This document shows, piece by piece, positions 16,817-27,131 of a DNA stretch of 64,000 bases (position 1 is the first letter of the stretch; the number at the start of each line of letters is the position of its first letter). The notes beneath the pieces were generated by a model, which saw only the letters and a list, made by a program, of their open reading frames with translations, did no database searches and was not told where the DNA came from. The stretch is from Minisyncoccia bacterium (lineage in GTDB: Bacteria > Patescibacteriota > Minisyncoccia > Phycocordibacterales > UBA918). Where the stretch lies: the NCBI GenBank assembly GCA_964229335.1, contig CAXRCZ010000007.1, forward strand, positions 32,001 through 96,000, read 5' to 3'. Made by a program: the position numbers and the translations under genes.

Positions 16817-19330
16817 CTACTGAGCACCTGCTTCACCCGAACTTGCGTTAGTGTTGATAGGAGAAATAACGTTTGATTCTGGAACCTCATCAGTCACCAC
16901 CCCATCAGCAGTCGCAGCGCTGTCATTTTCATTAATGGGAGATTCTAATCCTTGGGTTGCAGCCGGTAGAGTACCGGTAGTCTCTAGTTGAACTATAAGA
17001 GCAGCTAGTTCTTCGTTTTCTTCATTCGTAGACTGGACGATTCTTAGCTCTTCGAGTGCTGCTTCAACTTGTTCTGCTGCCACATATGCCATCGCTAACA
17101 TATAGCGAGCATTCGCAAAGCTGTTGTCACGAAGTAGGGCTTCTTGATACGCGGCAATAGCTTGATCATATTGTTCGTTAGCTGCCAAGAGAATTCCTAA
17201 TTGGTAGTAACGAGTCGGATTGTTTGGTTCAAGTGTTACTACTTGGGTAGTGGCAGCAATAGCAGATTCAATATTACCTTCTTCAATATCTAACTGTGCG
17301 AGCAAGAACAGTGCATCGACATAATTTCTCTTTAGAGTCAGCGCATTGGCGATTTCTTCACGAGCCAACTCAGTATTGCCGGCTCGAGATGCAACCACCG
17401 CAGAGGCTAGATCGTACCCTGGATCTTTTGGATCTCGCTCTTGTGCTGACGCCAAAGCAGCATCGGCGCGTTCTTTGGCGCCTTCTAGGCCAGCCTGATC
17501 AAGAAGATAGTACACATCAGCCAACAATGCGTAGCCAGTAGGGTCAGTCGGATCGTTGGTGATTATTTGTTCGGCCAAGACAATTGCTTCTTGTGCAGTT
17601 TCTGCAAAGTTGTTTTGATCAGCCTCGGTTGGTTCTTCAATAGCCGTCAGGCTTTGCATCACTGATAGCTTTAGCTGTGCCAGACCAGCTAAAAATTGAT
17701 TGTCATTGAATAGCATATAGGCACGTTCCACACTGCCTTCGAATTCTTCAACTGATTCTGAGACCACTTGGCCGCGAGTAAATTCGTATTGGGCTGCATA
17801 TTGTTGACCAACAAAGAACAATAGTACGACTGAACCAACCACCAAAATGACAGTAATTGCCATCAATAAGAATCCTTGTCGCCGACTGCCTATAAGCGGA
17901 ATAGTTATTGCGGTAGCCGGCATGAGTGCCCCGTACGCAACGAAGGATAGTCCAGTAAACAAAGCGGTTAGCAATAAGATAGCTGCTCCTGGCACATATA
18001 CATACGTCACTCCCCACAGCAGCAGCGATGCCACAAAAGTGACTGTTCCGAAAAAATACCAGAACTGGTCACGAATTTGAGTTTTAATTAACATTTGATA
18101 CCCCATCAATAGATACGCTAGATGAAACGTAATAAAGGCTACGCCGCCTAGTGCACCAAGTGTGATAAAGTAGGTTGGAACGAAACCAAAGCCAGCTGTA
18201 AAGTCAACATTCCAGAAGTTTGTGTCATTGATACTACGATCCTTATGGAGACGCCACATATCAGCAAAGCGATTCGGACCGCTTCCTAATAGGAGGTTGT
18301 CTTGATAGGTAGCTCGCGCAATATCCGCTGTAGCAGAGAGCGAAGGGCGAACTTCAATGTAATCAATATTGGTGGCTTGGGATACCACACTGCCAGCATA
18401 ATTTCCTGCTATCACAAACACAGCACTAACTACACCAATAACTAGTGACAATATGATTAACAAAAGCGAACGAGTAGTAGTCGACGGAGTTTCGTCCTCA
18501 TGACCAAACAATGTGTCTCGTGACAATAGATAGATAAGTAGTAATAAAGAAAAGAAACCTACACCCAACCAAATATAGAAGAAGTTCACCACTGCGAGTA
18601 CCAGCAAGCTAGCCACACAAAGACACGCTAATAGACTTTTAGTCCACATTTTAAGTGGTAGTTGCAACAGAGCAACTAGAGACAAAATAATGGTCACACC
18701 AGCAAACACCGCCAAGTCATTTAGTCCTCCAAGCGGTGAGACAGTGACGTCACCAAAGCTATTAAGTGGCAAGACTGGCCCGGCAAAAAACCGAACGAGA
18801 TTGTAAATTATCAACACTCCTGCGCCAATTAGTAGCGCCAATAAAGCTTGTAGGCTCATTATTTTTGAGCGTTGCAATACCAAAGTTGTCGTAATAACTA
18901 ACGCTAACAATAGCAAGAAGCCAGTGGTATGGATTTCGAAATATGACCCAACTAAAGAATCTTGTATGTCACCGGACAAAAGAGCACTCACGAGCGCAAT
19001 ACCCGCAATTCCCCAAAAAATAAAGTACGGTAATGGCAATACCGGTCTCACTTGTGAGTAACGTAAAGCAGACAAACTAGCAATAACAACAATAGTTAGT
19101 GACAGACCAGTTGCTAGAATTACTTTGTCAAAACCAAGCGACGCATACAGCCCTGGCACAAAAAACAATGGCAATAAGAAAGCCAGTGCCACCACTAGAT
19201 ACTGAGTGATTCTATGTAACGTTTTTCCCAACTTATCGTCCTTTTTCGGTTCACTTTGAACTGGTTTCTCTGGTTCTTTCGGTGCTTCGCTTTGAAACGA
19301 ACGCGGGATAAAAACATTTTGGTTTGCCAT
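16817..19330 (-). CDS. Polytopic membrane protein (O-antigen ligase-like) with C-terminal TPR repeats
   Basis: About 12 TM segments, LLGSGPNRF loop, ITLGALG, then TPR-like helices. Confidence 0.85.
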   Translation of the reverse strand: MANQNVFIPRSFQSEAPKEPEKPVQSEPKKDDKLGKTLHRITQYLVVALAFLLPLFFVPGLYASLGFDKVILATGLSLTIVVIASLSALRYSQVRPVLPLPYFIFWGIAGIALVSALLSGDIQDSLVGSYFEIHTTGFLLLLALVITTTLVLQRSKIMSLQALLALLIGAGVLIIYNLVRFFAGPVLPLNSFGDVTVSPLGGLNDLAVFAGVTIILSLVALLQLPLKMWTKSLLACLCVASLLVLAVVNFFYIWLGVGFFSLLLLIYLLSRDTLFGHEDETPSTTTRSLLLIILSLVIGVVSAVFVIAGNYAGSVVSQATNIDYIEVRPSLSATADIARATYQDNLLLGSGPNRFADMWRLHKDRSINDTNFWNVDFTAGFGFVPTYFITLGALGGVAFITFHLAYLLMGYQMLIKTQIRDQFWYFFGTVTFVASLLLWGVTYVYVPGAAILLLTALFTGLSFVAYGALMPATAITIPLIGSRRQGFLLMAITVILVVGSVVLLFFVGQQYAAQYEFTRGQVVSESVEEFEGSVERAYMLFNDNQFLAGLAQLKLSVMQSLTAIEEPTEADQNNFAETAQEAIVLAEQIITNDPTDPTGYALLADVYYLLDQAGLEGAKERADAALASAQERDPKDPGYDLASAVVASRAGNTELAREEIANALTLKRNYVDALFLLAQLDIEEGNIESAIAATTQVVTLEPNNPTRYYQLGILLAANEQYDQAIAAYQEALLRDNSFANARYMLAMAYVAAEQVEAALEELRIVQSTNEENEELAALIVQLETTGTLPAATQGLESPINENDSAATADGVVTDEVPESNVISPINTNASSGEAGAQ

Positions 19331-19387
19331 ATAAAAATTATTTAAAACACTATTGTTGCCTCCTATAGACTCAGTCTATCATATAGT

Positions 19388-19414
19388 AAAAGCAGCTCTT
19401 GCGAGCTGCTTTTT
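19388..19414. terminator. Terminator after rnpB
   Basis: AAAAGCAGCTC-TTGC-GAGCTGCTTTT. Confidence 0.8.
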
Positions 19415-19809
19415 TGCACATAAGCCGAATTCTGTCGTAGCCTCACTTTTTGTACGTATTTAGTGTCTAAACACACACAAAAAGTGAGGCTAGGATGGTC
19501 ATATATCTTGAATATCAATTACTCGATATTTCATGCGGCTCTCTTTTGCCATGAGACAAAAGCACGGCCTTGCACGCAGGTAAGGATTTAGCCGTTTCAC
19601 CTCTATAATTTCTTATAGAGCTATTCCCGAAGGAACTCACTTTCTTTCGATTGTGACGTCTCTGCTCGCACCTCTTTTAGTCAAAGACTAAATGACGGGT
19701 GTTACCCGCTACCCGGCTACTAGATAATCTAGTGCGTGTTCGGACTTTCCTCCCAAACTATCCAATTGTGGTTCACAATTTACTAGCTTAGGCGACCATC
19801 GTGCCTGCA
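19415..19809 (-). ncRNA. rnpB: RNase P RNA
   Basis: Conserved GAGGAAAGTCC, GGTGAAACGG and ACAGAATTCGGCTTA blocks; ends approximate. Confidence 0.92.
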
Positions 19810-19885
19810 TAGTATGCAACGTTTTATACTATTATGCAAGTTTTTAGCAAAAACATACCCTTCGGCACAATATGGGATAACATCA

Positions 19886-20443
19886 TCATTCCAAGACAAT
19901 AGTTACTTGGTCAGTCTTTGTAATATTATTACTTGCCACAAACCCTGCATTCGCTTCAATTACATACCAAGCTGGTGTTGGCGAAGAAAAAGATTCTGGA
20001 AAGGTCTCTGGTGAAATATTTTCTTCTATATGGGTAATGCTCCCTTCTTTGTCTACCCATATGATATCAAGTGGGTATTGCATGTCTTTCATCCATATCG
20101 AATGGCTGCCAGCAGCACCAAAAGCAAATAATTTTACCAAGCCCTCAGGTAAATATGGTGTATCAGAGAGGCCTTTTATTCGTTCTGGTAACGAATCGGC
20201 TACGGATGCTGCAACGGTAGTTGGCCCGATAACTATTGGAACTGTAGTAGGATAGTAAACCCGCCAGTTAGATTGATCGGTAGTGTCCGTTTCTTCTGAC
20301 GGCAGTGGTTGTTCATACTCACCTCGAGCAACAGCATCGCGTACTGCAGCGCTCTCCTTTGTGACTGCGTAATACAGCGCTCCTCCCCCACCCAAAATAG
20401 CTAGGAGCAAAGCTACCATTACCACTCTCTCGGCAATCTTCAT
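19886..20443 (-). CDS. DUF192 domain protein with N-terminal membrane anchor
   Basis: ERIKGLS, IWMKDMQYPLDIIWVD and YVIEANAG motifs. Confidence 0.88.
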   Translation of the reverse strand: MKIAERVVMVALLLAILGGGGALYYAVTKESAAVRDAVARGEYEQPLPSEETDTTDQSNWRVYYPTTVPIVIGPTTVAASVADSLPERIKGLSDTPYLPEGLVKLFAFGAAGSHSIWMKDMQYPLDIIWVDKEGSITHIEENISPETFPESFSSPTPAWYVIEANAGFVASNNITKTDQVTIVLE

Positions 20444-20466
20444 GTCACTAGTATACCACTATGTCC

Positions 20467-21720
20467 TTACAACAGAATTAACGTTGCTAGTCCAAACAAC
20501 AATAAGAGTCCGCACACATCAGTGATAGTGGTGATAAATATAGTCGATGTTGCAGCTGGGTCATACCCCAAATTCTTCATTAGTAGTGGCACAATTGCAC
20601 CGGCTACTGCTGCTATAGCATGAGCAATTATCAAAGCTAATCCTACTACTATTCCTAATAATGGTTCTCCGTTCCACAACCACGAAATAACGGCGACTAT
20701 AGCCCCGATAATCACACCATTAAATCCGCCAGCGATAAACTCTCTTACAATAGCTGGTCCAGCAGATTGCAATGACACCGTGCCAAGAGTTAAGCCTCGA
20801 ACCATAATGGCAAAAGACTGAGTTGCAGCATTACCGCCCATACCAGCCATAATTGGAATGTACACTGACAAAATGGTCAGGGTGTCGAGCGTATCTTGGA
20901 ACAGCAAAACTACTGCCCCGGCCCCAAAAGCAGTTAGTAAGTTGAGTATCAACCACCGATAGCGGTGTGAGACTTTTTTACCCACTGAATCAAACGGTCG
21001 CTCGCTATCATCAACTCCAGCGAAATCATAGAGTGCTTCAGCTGGTAATTCTCCAAATAGTGACTTCATCGTATCAGCGTATATGATGCCGATAATGCTG
21101 TTGTCGTGGTCTTGTACCACTACCTTTTTATTTTTAGTGGTGACCAAATGATCGACGATTTTGGCCGGTTCGGTTTGATAAGAAATAGTACTTATCGGAT
21201 GTACAAAATTTTTTAACTTAGCATTATTTCTTTCTCGCACTAACGTCGCAAACGTCACCTCCCCAATCAAATCGCCGTGCTCATGCACCAGTAGTTCCGG
21301 ATACTTTCCTGTTTCTTCGTAATGACTCTCAATTAAGTCAGCCGCTTGGGCCAGTGTTTTGTCACCAGACACAAACAAGTAATCGAAATTAATCAGGGAC
21401 AGCGTAGCTTGTGGATGAAACCGCAAAAAATATTCGGCTTTTTCTCTCACCTCTCCTTTTAATTTTCGTACAATACGAACCCTTCTTTTAACATTCTTCA
21501 GACGAGCCAGAGCTTGTTCGGCGTGACGTAAGTCAAGATTATCAAGTAATTCGACTATTTCGTGATCATGAAGATGTCGCAAGATAGACTGCTGCACATA
21601 CGGTGAGAGTAATTCAAATACCGCGCTGCGCTGAGACTGCGGTAGATTCTGCAGCATCTTTATCCGTTCCTGTGGGTGGTATGTAATAGCGTGAGCGATT
21701 GCTTGAAGGGACTCGGACAT
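20467..21720 (-). CDS. mgtE: Magnesium transporter MgtE
   Basis: N and CBS-like domains, RYRWLILNL, AGMGGNAATQS, DPA...ITTITD. Start taken as MSESLQ. Confidence 0.92.
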   Translation of the reverse strand: MSESLQAIAHAITYHPQERIKMLQNLPQSQRSAVFELLSPYVQQSILRHLHDHEIVELLDNLDLRHAEQALARLKNVKRRVRIVRKLKGEVREKAEYFLRFHPQATLSLINFDYLFVSGDKTLAQAADLIESHYEETGKYPELLVHEHGDLIGEVTFATLVRERNNAKLKNFVHPISTISYQTEPAKIVDHLVTTKNKKVVVQDHDNSIIGIIYADTMKSLFGELPAEALYDFAGVDDSERPFDSVGKKVSHRYRWLILNLLTAFGAGAVVLLFQDTLDTLTILSVYIPIMAGMGGNAATQSFAIMVRGLTLGTVSLQSAGPAIVREFIAGGFNGVIIGAIVAVISWLWNGEPLLGIVVGLALIIAHAIAAVAGAIVPLLMKNLGYDPAATSTIFITTITDVCGLLLLFGLATLILL

Positions 21721-21788
21721 TACCAATAAGTATACCAAGTCCTTATTGGAGTATATGAAGAAAACGCGCTAGACGTGTGCAAAGCAAT

Positions 21789-22580
21789 CTATTCAATTAT
21801 TTCGATAGTGGCTGAGGCGCGTAATTCAGTGATGAGTTCGTTTATGATTTCTTGTTGTTTGGTATTTTGAACTTCTAGTTCAACTTGGTCCCGCACTTCC
21901 TGAAGTGGAGGTAGGCCAGCTTCTTCTCCACCAGCGGCTGTGTAGTACTCATTTATTTCTTCTTCAGTTACTGTGATTTCTCTTTCAGCAAAGACTGCGT
22001 CGAGTACTTTTTGGATAGCGAGCTCACTGCGAATATCTGACTCCAAGGTCTCCATACTCACTCCGAACTCTTCCATTCTTTCAGCCAAAACTTCTTCGCC
22101 ACCAACCTGTTGTACTAGTGCGTCTAAGCGTGCTTGCACCTCTTCATCTGTAACTGTCACTCCTCGACGTTCAGCTTCTTGTCGAAGCAACTCTGTGTTA
22201 ATCAAGACTTCAAGCGCTTGATCGCGAAGACCTTGTTGCACTTGAGGATCATTTTGATCAATTCCCTGTGAAGCAGCTCCGGCAGACAACTGTTCGATAC
22301 TAGTGTCTAACTCATATTGAGAAATACTTTGTCCATTAACCAATGCGACAGTGACTTGCTGTGACTGCATGGTCAAAATTGAATCAAATAGGCCGGTGTC
22401 GGTTTTACCTTGCTTTTCCATCACATACAACAACCCCAACGCTAGGATAATTAGTACAATCGCCGCTATAGCATAATACATCCAAGCCGGTTTTTTGGTA
22501 CCGGACTCAACTGGAGTAGCTACTGGTTCAGTAGCTGTGGTAGTGGTTTCTTTTTGGTCTGAATTATCAGAAGGATTCAT
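21789..22580 (-). CDS. SurA N-terminal domain chaperone (PrsA-like, no PPIase domain)
   Basis: TM anchor, VALVNGQSIS, LLRQEAERRGVTVTDEEV and VTEEEINEYY. Confidence 0.85.
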   Translation of the reverse strand: MNPSDNSDQKETTTTATEPVATPVESGTKKPAWMYYAIAAIVLIILALGLLYVMEKQGKTDTGLFDSILTMQSQQVTVALVNGQSISQYELDTSIEQLSAGAASQGIDQNDPQVQQGLRDQALEVLINTELLRQEAERRGVTVTDEEVQARLDALVQQVGGEEVLAERMEEFGVSMETLESDIRSELAIQKVLDAVFAEREITVTEEEINEYYTAAGGEEAGLPPLQEVRDQVELEVQNTKQQEIINELITELRASATIEIIE

Positions 22581-22648
22581 AGTAATAGGTAAATTATTGG
22601 TTAGTTACCTGCTAATTCTACACTACATGAGTAGCGAGACAAAATAAG

Positions 22649-23137
22649 TTATTTCAAATAGCTATCAAAATAAATGGCGTGGCAGGTATAGCCACCTGGA
22701 TTTTTTATCAAATAGTCTTGGTGATAGTCCTCAGCTGGATAAAATGCCGTGAAGGGCTCAAGGCTAGTAACAACTGGATCGGACCAGCGTTCAGACTGGT
22801 TTACAATAGCAATCATTTCTTGAGCTATAGCCTTTTCTTCTTGGTTTTGGTAAAAAATGGCTGAACGGTAAGAAGTACCTTTATCATTACCTTGCTGATT
22901 TAATGTGGTGGGATTATGAATTTGAAAGAAAAAATCTAACAACTCCTTGTAAGAGAGTTCTTCAGGATTATATGTAATCTCTACTGCCTCAGCGTGGCCG
23001 GGGTGATTTTGGTAGGTCGGATTGGTATTTGTTCCGCCTGTATAGCCAACTTCAGTATCAACCACTCCTTTTTGGGTGTGGATGAGGTCTTCGAGTCCCC
23101 AGAAGCATCCTCCCGCCACTACAGCTTTTTTTATCAT
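22649..23137 (-). CDS. msrA: Peptide methionine sulfoxide reductase MsrA
   Basis: [23 protein letters not shown] and AEDYHQDY motifs. Confidence 0.96.
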   Translation of the reverse strand: MIKKAVVAGGCFWGLEDLIHTQKGVVDTEVGYTGGTNTNPTYQNHPGHAEAVEITYNPEELSYKELLDFFFQIHNPTTLNQQGNDKGTSYRSAIFYQNQEEKAIAQEMIAIVNQSERWSDPVVTSLEPFTAFYPAEDYHQDYLIKNPGGYTCHAIYFDSYLK

Positions 23138-23309
23138 ATATAGAAATATAGCATCTCTTACTCCTTACAGGAGCCGTATACCTTGTCGCTACTTTACTTC
23201 ATGCTTTGCAAAGTAGCTGGCAAGGTCTTACGAAAGCGTCCTCCAGCTAGTACGGCTTTCTTATACATAAGAATGACTACTTTCGCATAGCAAACACCGG
23301 AACAAAAAG

Positions 23310-23507
23310 CTACTCATCAAATTCCCTAATTTCGTTGAGGTCGAGAATGCCTTCACGATGCAACTGTTCCTGTATCTGACCAGCTTTCAGATATCCATGA
23401 CGAGTGACCCGCATGATATCTTCGATAGTACCTTCCTTGCCACTATTGACGAGATACCATTTCACACGAGCGTATTCGTTTTCACTGTAGAGAAGCTGTT
23501 GTCTCAT
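23310..23507 (-). CDS. Small protein resembling the FtsK gamma winged-helix domain
   Basis: YARVKWYLVNSGKEGTIEDIMRVTRHGYLKAGQIQEQLHREGIL aligns by eye to the gamma-domain pattern. Confidence 0.55.
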   Translation of the reverse strand: MRQQLLYSENEYARVKWYLVNSGKEGTIEDIMRVTRHGYLKAGQIQEQLHREGILDLNEIREFDE

Positions 23508-23721
23508 ACTATTTCATCATACCCTACCTACCGTTCAGCAGCTGTCAGCTTTTGCAGCAAACTGTGATTAGCTGATATTTACATATTATTTAAATGTGTT
23601 AGAGTACAGACGCTTTTGAAATCTGTGTAGGGCTCTCAAGCTGCAGATACTGTTTAGTTTCTCCATTTATTACCTGCACCGCCCTTACACCTTTGGTGTA
23701 TAAATCACCATACTCACTAAT

Positions 23722-24969
23722 ATGACAAACACTCGACCCCGTCGAAGTGGCGGTAGCCAATTTCGACGTCGTAAAAATAATGCTAGCCAAAACAATCGAA
23801 GACGTTACTCGAGCTCTTCTTCTCGTACTCGGACCCGAACCTCAAAACGCCGTCAAATGCCGTCTTTTGACCCGACTCAGTTTATCAACCGCAATCCTGT
23901 AGAGGTAGCAGAGGAAGTATACGTACCAAAATCACAATTTTCTGCCCTACCCCTTACCGCAACTCTGAAAAAAGCCATCAAAACAATGGGATTAATTGAT
24001 CCAACCCCTATTCAAGACCAAGTAATACCAGAAATCTTGCAAGGAAAGGACGTGGTGGGTCTAGCCGAAACTGGTACTGGAAAAACAGCTGCGTTTCTGA
24101 TTCCTATGATTGAACGCAAGCTATCAGACAATCAAAAAACTACTCTCATTCTCACTCCGACTCGAGAATTAGCAATCCAAATTGAAAATGAGCTTAGATT
24201 ACTCAGCAAAGGTTTCCCGATGTACTCAACAGTATGCGTCGGTGGTACCAGTATTGCGCCGCAAATCCGTGGTCTTAAGCGAAAAAATCAATTCATTATT
24301 GGTACGCCAGGCAGAGTCAAAGATTTAATAGATCGTCGGTTGATGCCGCTAAAGACTATTGATTCAGTAATACTTGATGAAGCTGATCGTATGTTGGATA
24401 TGGGATTTATTCATGATATGCGCTATATCTTGGATTTACTTCCACCCAAACGACAGACTCTTTTCTTCTCCGCCACTATGGATGATAAGACCGCTGGTCT
24501 GATAAAGGATTTTATGGACAATCCTGTGACTGTCTCGGTAAAGAAAAAGGCCGTGACTGACAGCATCGAACAAGATGTTGTGTCGTATATCGGTGATCAA
24601 AAGTTTGATACTTTGCTTGAGCTTTTGAAAAAAGACGAGCTGCGCAGAGTAATTATCTTTGGCGCAATGAAACACCAAGTGGAAAGAATCGGCTCCCAGA
24701 TTAACCAAAACGGAATCACTGCCGAATCAATCCACGGTAACAAAAGTCATAGTCAGAGACAGCGTGCTCTCAAGCGCTTTAAGAGTGGTCAAGCCAAAGT
24801 ACTAGTAGCTACCGATGTAGCTGCTCGTGGAATCCATGTCGACAGTGTTAGTCACGTCATCAACTACGACCTACCTAATACTTTCGAGGACTACGTACAC
24901 CGTATTGGACGAACTGGTCGAGGTAAAGAGCGCGGAAAGGCTCTAACGTTTATTCCGGCCACTAACTAG
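23722..24969 (+). CDS. DEAD-box RNA helicase
   Basis: AETGTGKT, PTRELA, TPGR, DEAD, SAT, TDVAARG and HRIGRTGR motifs; basic N-terminal tail. Confidence 0.96.
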   Translation: MTNTRPRRSGGSQFRRRKNNASQNNRRRYSSSSSRTRTRTSKRRQMPSFDPTQFINRNPVEVAEEVYVPKSQFSALPLTATLKKAIKTMGLIDPTPIQDQVIPEILQGKDVVGLAETGTGKTAAFLIPMIERKLSDNQKTTLILTPTRELAIQIENELRLLSKGFPMYSTVCVGGTSIAPQIRGLKRKNQFIIGTPGRVKDLIDRRLMPLKTIDSVILDEADRMLDMGFIHDMRYILDLLPPKRQTLFFSATMDDKTAGLIKDFMDNPVTVSVKKKAVTDSIEQDVVSYIGDQKFDTLLELLKKDELRRVIIFGAMKHQVERIGSQINQNGITAESIHGNKSHSQRQRALKRFKSGQAKVLVATDVAARGIHVDSVSHVINYDLPNTFEDYVHRIGRTGRGKERGKALTFIPATN

Positions 24970-26756
24970 CGGCGCAGGCGTGATCGTTCGTTTTCTTTGA
25001 GTAGTTGCTTACGCAAGCGAATACTTTCTGGACAGACTTCTAGATACTCATCTTCCTGCATAATTTCCAAACCTGTCTCAATCTTCAGTGGTCGGTGCGG
25101 AGTAAGTGAAACGTTGTCGTCACTACCTGAGGCACGCATGTTGGTGAGCTGTTTGCCTTTAGTCGGGTTTACCGCCATTTCTTCACCTTTGTTGGTGTTG
25201 CCGATAACCATCCCTTCATACACTTCGGTACCCGCGCCAATATAGAGCTCGCCACGGTCCTGCAAACCAGCCAATGCAAAGCCGAGAGCTTTTCCTGTAG
25301 TCATCGATGTCATTGAGCCAACTTGGCGTTTTTTGATTTCTCCGGCATGTGGACGGAATTCAATGAACCGTGAAGATAGAATTCCCTCTCCTTTCGTATC
25401 AATAATAAATTGGTTTTTATATCCCAATAGACCGCGGGTAGGACCTTCGAATATAAGTCGAACTTGGTTCTCATGCGGAACCATGTTTTGCATAATAAAA
25501 CCACGATTGCTAAGACGTTCAATCACTGATCCTTGGTATTCGCTCGGGATATCAATAATCGCTTCTTCAAATGGCTCAAGAGTCTGACCATTCTCTTCCC
25601 GGAAAATAACTTTTGGTTGAGAAACTGACAGTTCATATCCCTCACGCCGCATATTTTCAAGCAAAATTGCAATGTGCATTTCACCCCGACCTTTTACGAC
25701 ATACGCGTCACCTGTTGCCTGCTCTACTTGCAAACCAACATTGATTTCTAACTCCTTTTCTAACCGCTCACCAATCTGTCGACTAGTAACATACTTACCT
25801 TCTCTTCCAGCAAAAGGCGAAGAGTTGACTAAGAAGGTCATACTTACGGTTGGTTCATCAACCTCAATTGCTGGTAGTGGTTCTGCTTCATCAGTATCGG
25901 TAATAGTGTCACCGATATTTATTTTTTCGAGCCCCGCTATCAAAACGATATCGCCAGCAAACGCTTCTTCAACCTCTACTTGTTGCACTCCTTTGTAGCC
26001 AGATAGTTTGACGATTTTTCCTTTGTAGGACTCCTCGCCTTTATGCTTTACAATCACTGATTGACCTTTACTCACCTTACCCTCGTAAATTCTCGCTACC
26101 GCTAGTCGTCCTAAAAAGTTATCGTACCCGAGGTTGAATACTTGAGCTCGGAGTGGGTCGTTTTCGGTATATCCTTTGGCGGCTGGAACATGTTCGAGAA
26201 TTGTATCGAGTACTGGAGAGAGGTCTGTCATTTCGTCAGTCAGATTTCGCTTAGCCACCTTGTCTCTACCGACAGCGTACACTACTGGGAATTCGCTTTG
26301 TTCATCGCTGGCGCCAAGCTCCCAGAAGAGTTCTAGTACCTGCTCTTCGCACTGATCAGGATTGGCTGCTGGCTTATCAATCTTGTTGATAATCACAATC
26401 GGTTTGTGTCCGAGTTCAAGAGATTTTTTTAATACAAATCTAGTTTGCGGCATTGGCCCTTCCTGCGCGTCTACCACCAGCAAAACGCAGTCAATACTAC
26501 GCAAAATACGCTCAACCTCAGACCCAAAGTCCGCGTGGCCGGGTGTATCAATAATGTTGATTTTTGTATCTTTATAGTCAACAGAAGTGTTTTTGGCATA
26601 GATGGTAATACCTCGTTCTTGCTCTAACGCGTTGTTGTCCATCGACGCATCCCCTTCTCTGGCACCAGTAAACTCCATCAAACCATCGGTAAGTGTAGTT
26701 TTACCGTGGTCTACGTGAGCGATAATAGCGATATTGCGAATTTCTGATTGTTGCAT
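24966..26756 (-). CDS. typA: Translational GTPase TypA/BipA
   Basis: [31 protein letters not shown] and [10 protein letters not shown] motifs. Confidence 0.97.
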   Translation of the reverse strand: MQQSEIRNIAIIAHVDHGKTTLTDGLMEFTGAREGDASMDNNALEQERGITIYAKNTSVDYKDTKINIIDTPGHADFGSEVERILRSIDCVLLVVDAQEGPMPQTRFVLKKSLELGHKPIVIINKIDKPAANPDQCEEQVLELFWELGASDEQSEFPVVYAVGRDKVAKRNLTDEMTDLSPVLDTILEHVPAAKGYTENDPLRAQVFNLGYDNFLGRLAVARIYEGKVSKGQSVIVKHKGEESYKGKIVKLSGYKGVQQVEVEEAFAGDIVLIAGLEKINIGDTITDTDEAEPLPAIEVDEPTVSMTFLVNSSPFAGREGKYVTSRQIGERLEKELEINVGLQVEQATGDAYVVKGRGEMHIAILLENMRREGYELSVSQPKVIFREENGQTLEPFEEAIIDIPSEYQGSVIERLSNRGFIMQNMVPHENQVRLIFEGPTRGLLGYKNQFIIDTKGEGILSSRFIEFRPHAGEIKKRQVGSMTSMTTGKALGFALAGLQDRGELYIGAGTEVYEGMVIGNTNKGEEMAVNPTKGKQLTNMRASGSDDNVSLTPHRPLKIETGLEIMQEDEYLEVCPESIRLRKQLLKENERSRLRR

Positions 26757-26831
26757 AAGTAAAAAATAAATACGCCTGGTAGGCGTGGTTGATGTCTGAA
26801 GAGTACGCGTAAAAGTCTATTTGGTCAATTA

Positions 26832-27098
26832 CTAAGACTTGTCTTTGGCACGTGTTTTACCAAGTTGACTAAGAGCATACACCACTAGCGTCCACACAAT
26901 AACCGAGAGAATCATCGCCACCAACCACAGCAGTGGTGACCACATACCAAATGGAATCCCGGTCAAGAAACTCATCAGCACCAGCGGCCAGGCTAAAATT
27001 GTTCCGAATGTCGTAGAGATTTGTAATCCAATAAATATTCCGGCAACTGGAGTGAGTAAGCCAAGCAAGATTCCAGCAATATAATGACTTTTTTTCAT
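26832..27098 (-). CDS. Small membrane protein
   Basis: 88 aa with about 3 hydrophobic helices. Confidence 0.7.
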   Translation of the reverse strand: MKKSHYIAGILLGLLTPVAGIFIGLQISTTFGTILAWPLVLMSFLTGIPFGMWSPLLWLVAMILSVIVWTLVVYALSQLGKTRAKDKS

Positions 27099-27131
27099 AC
27101 TACCTATAATACCTATTATAGTACAATATAT

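Noticed and set aside
19886-20443. TGA recoding (genetic code 25) as in Gracilibacteria
   Set aside because: Long genes are uninterrupted under code 11, and TGA ends DUF192 and nhaA at sensible positions.
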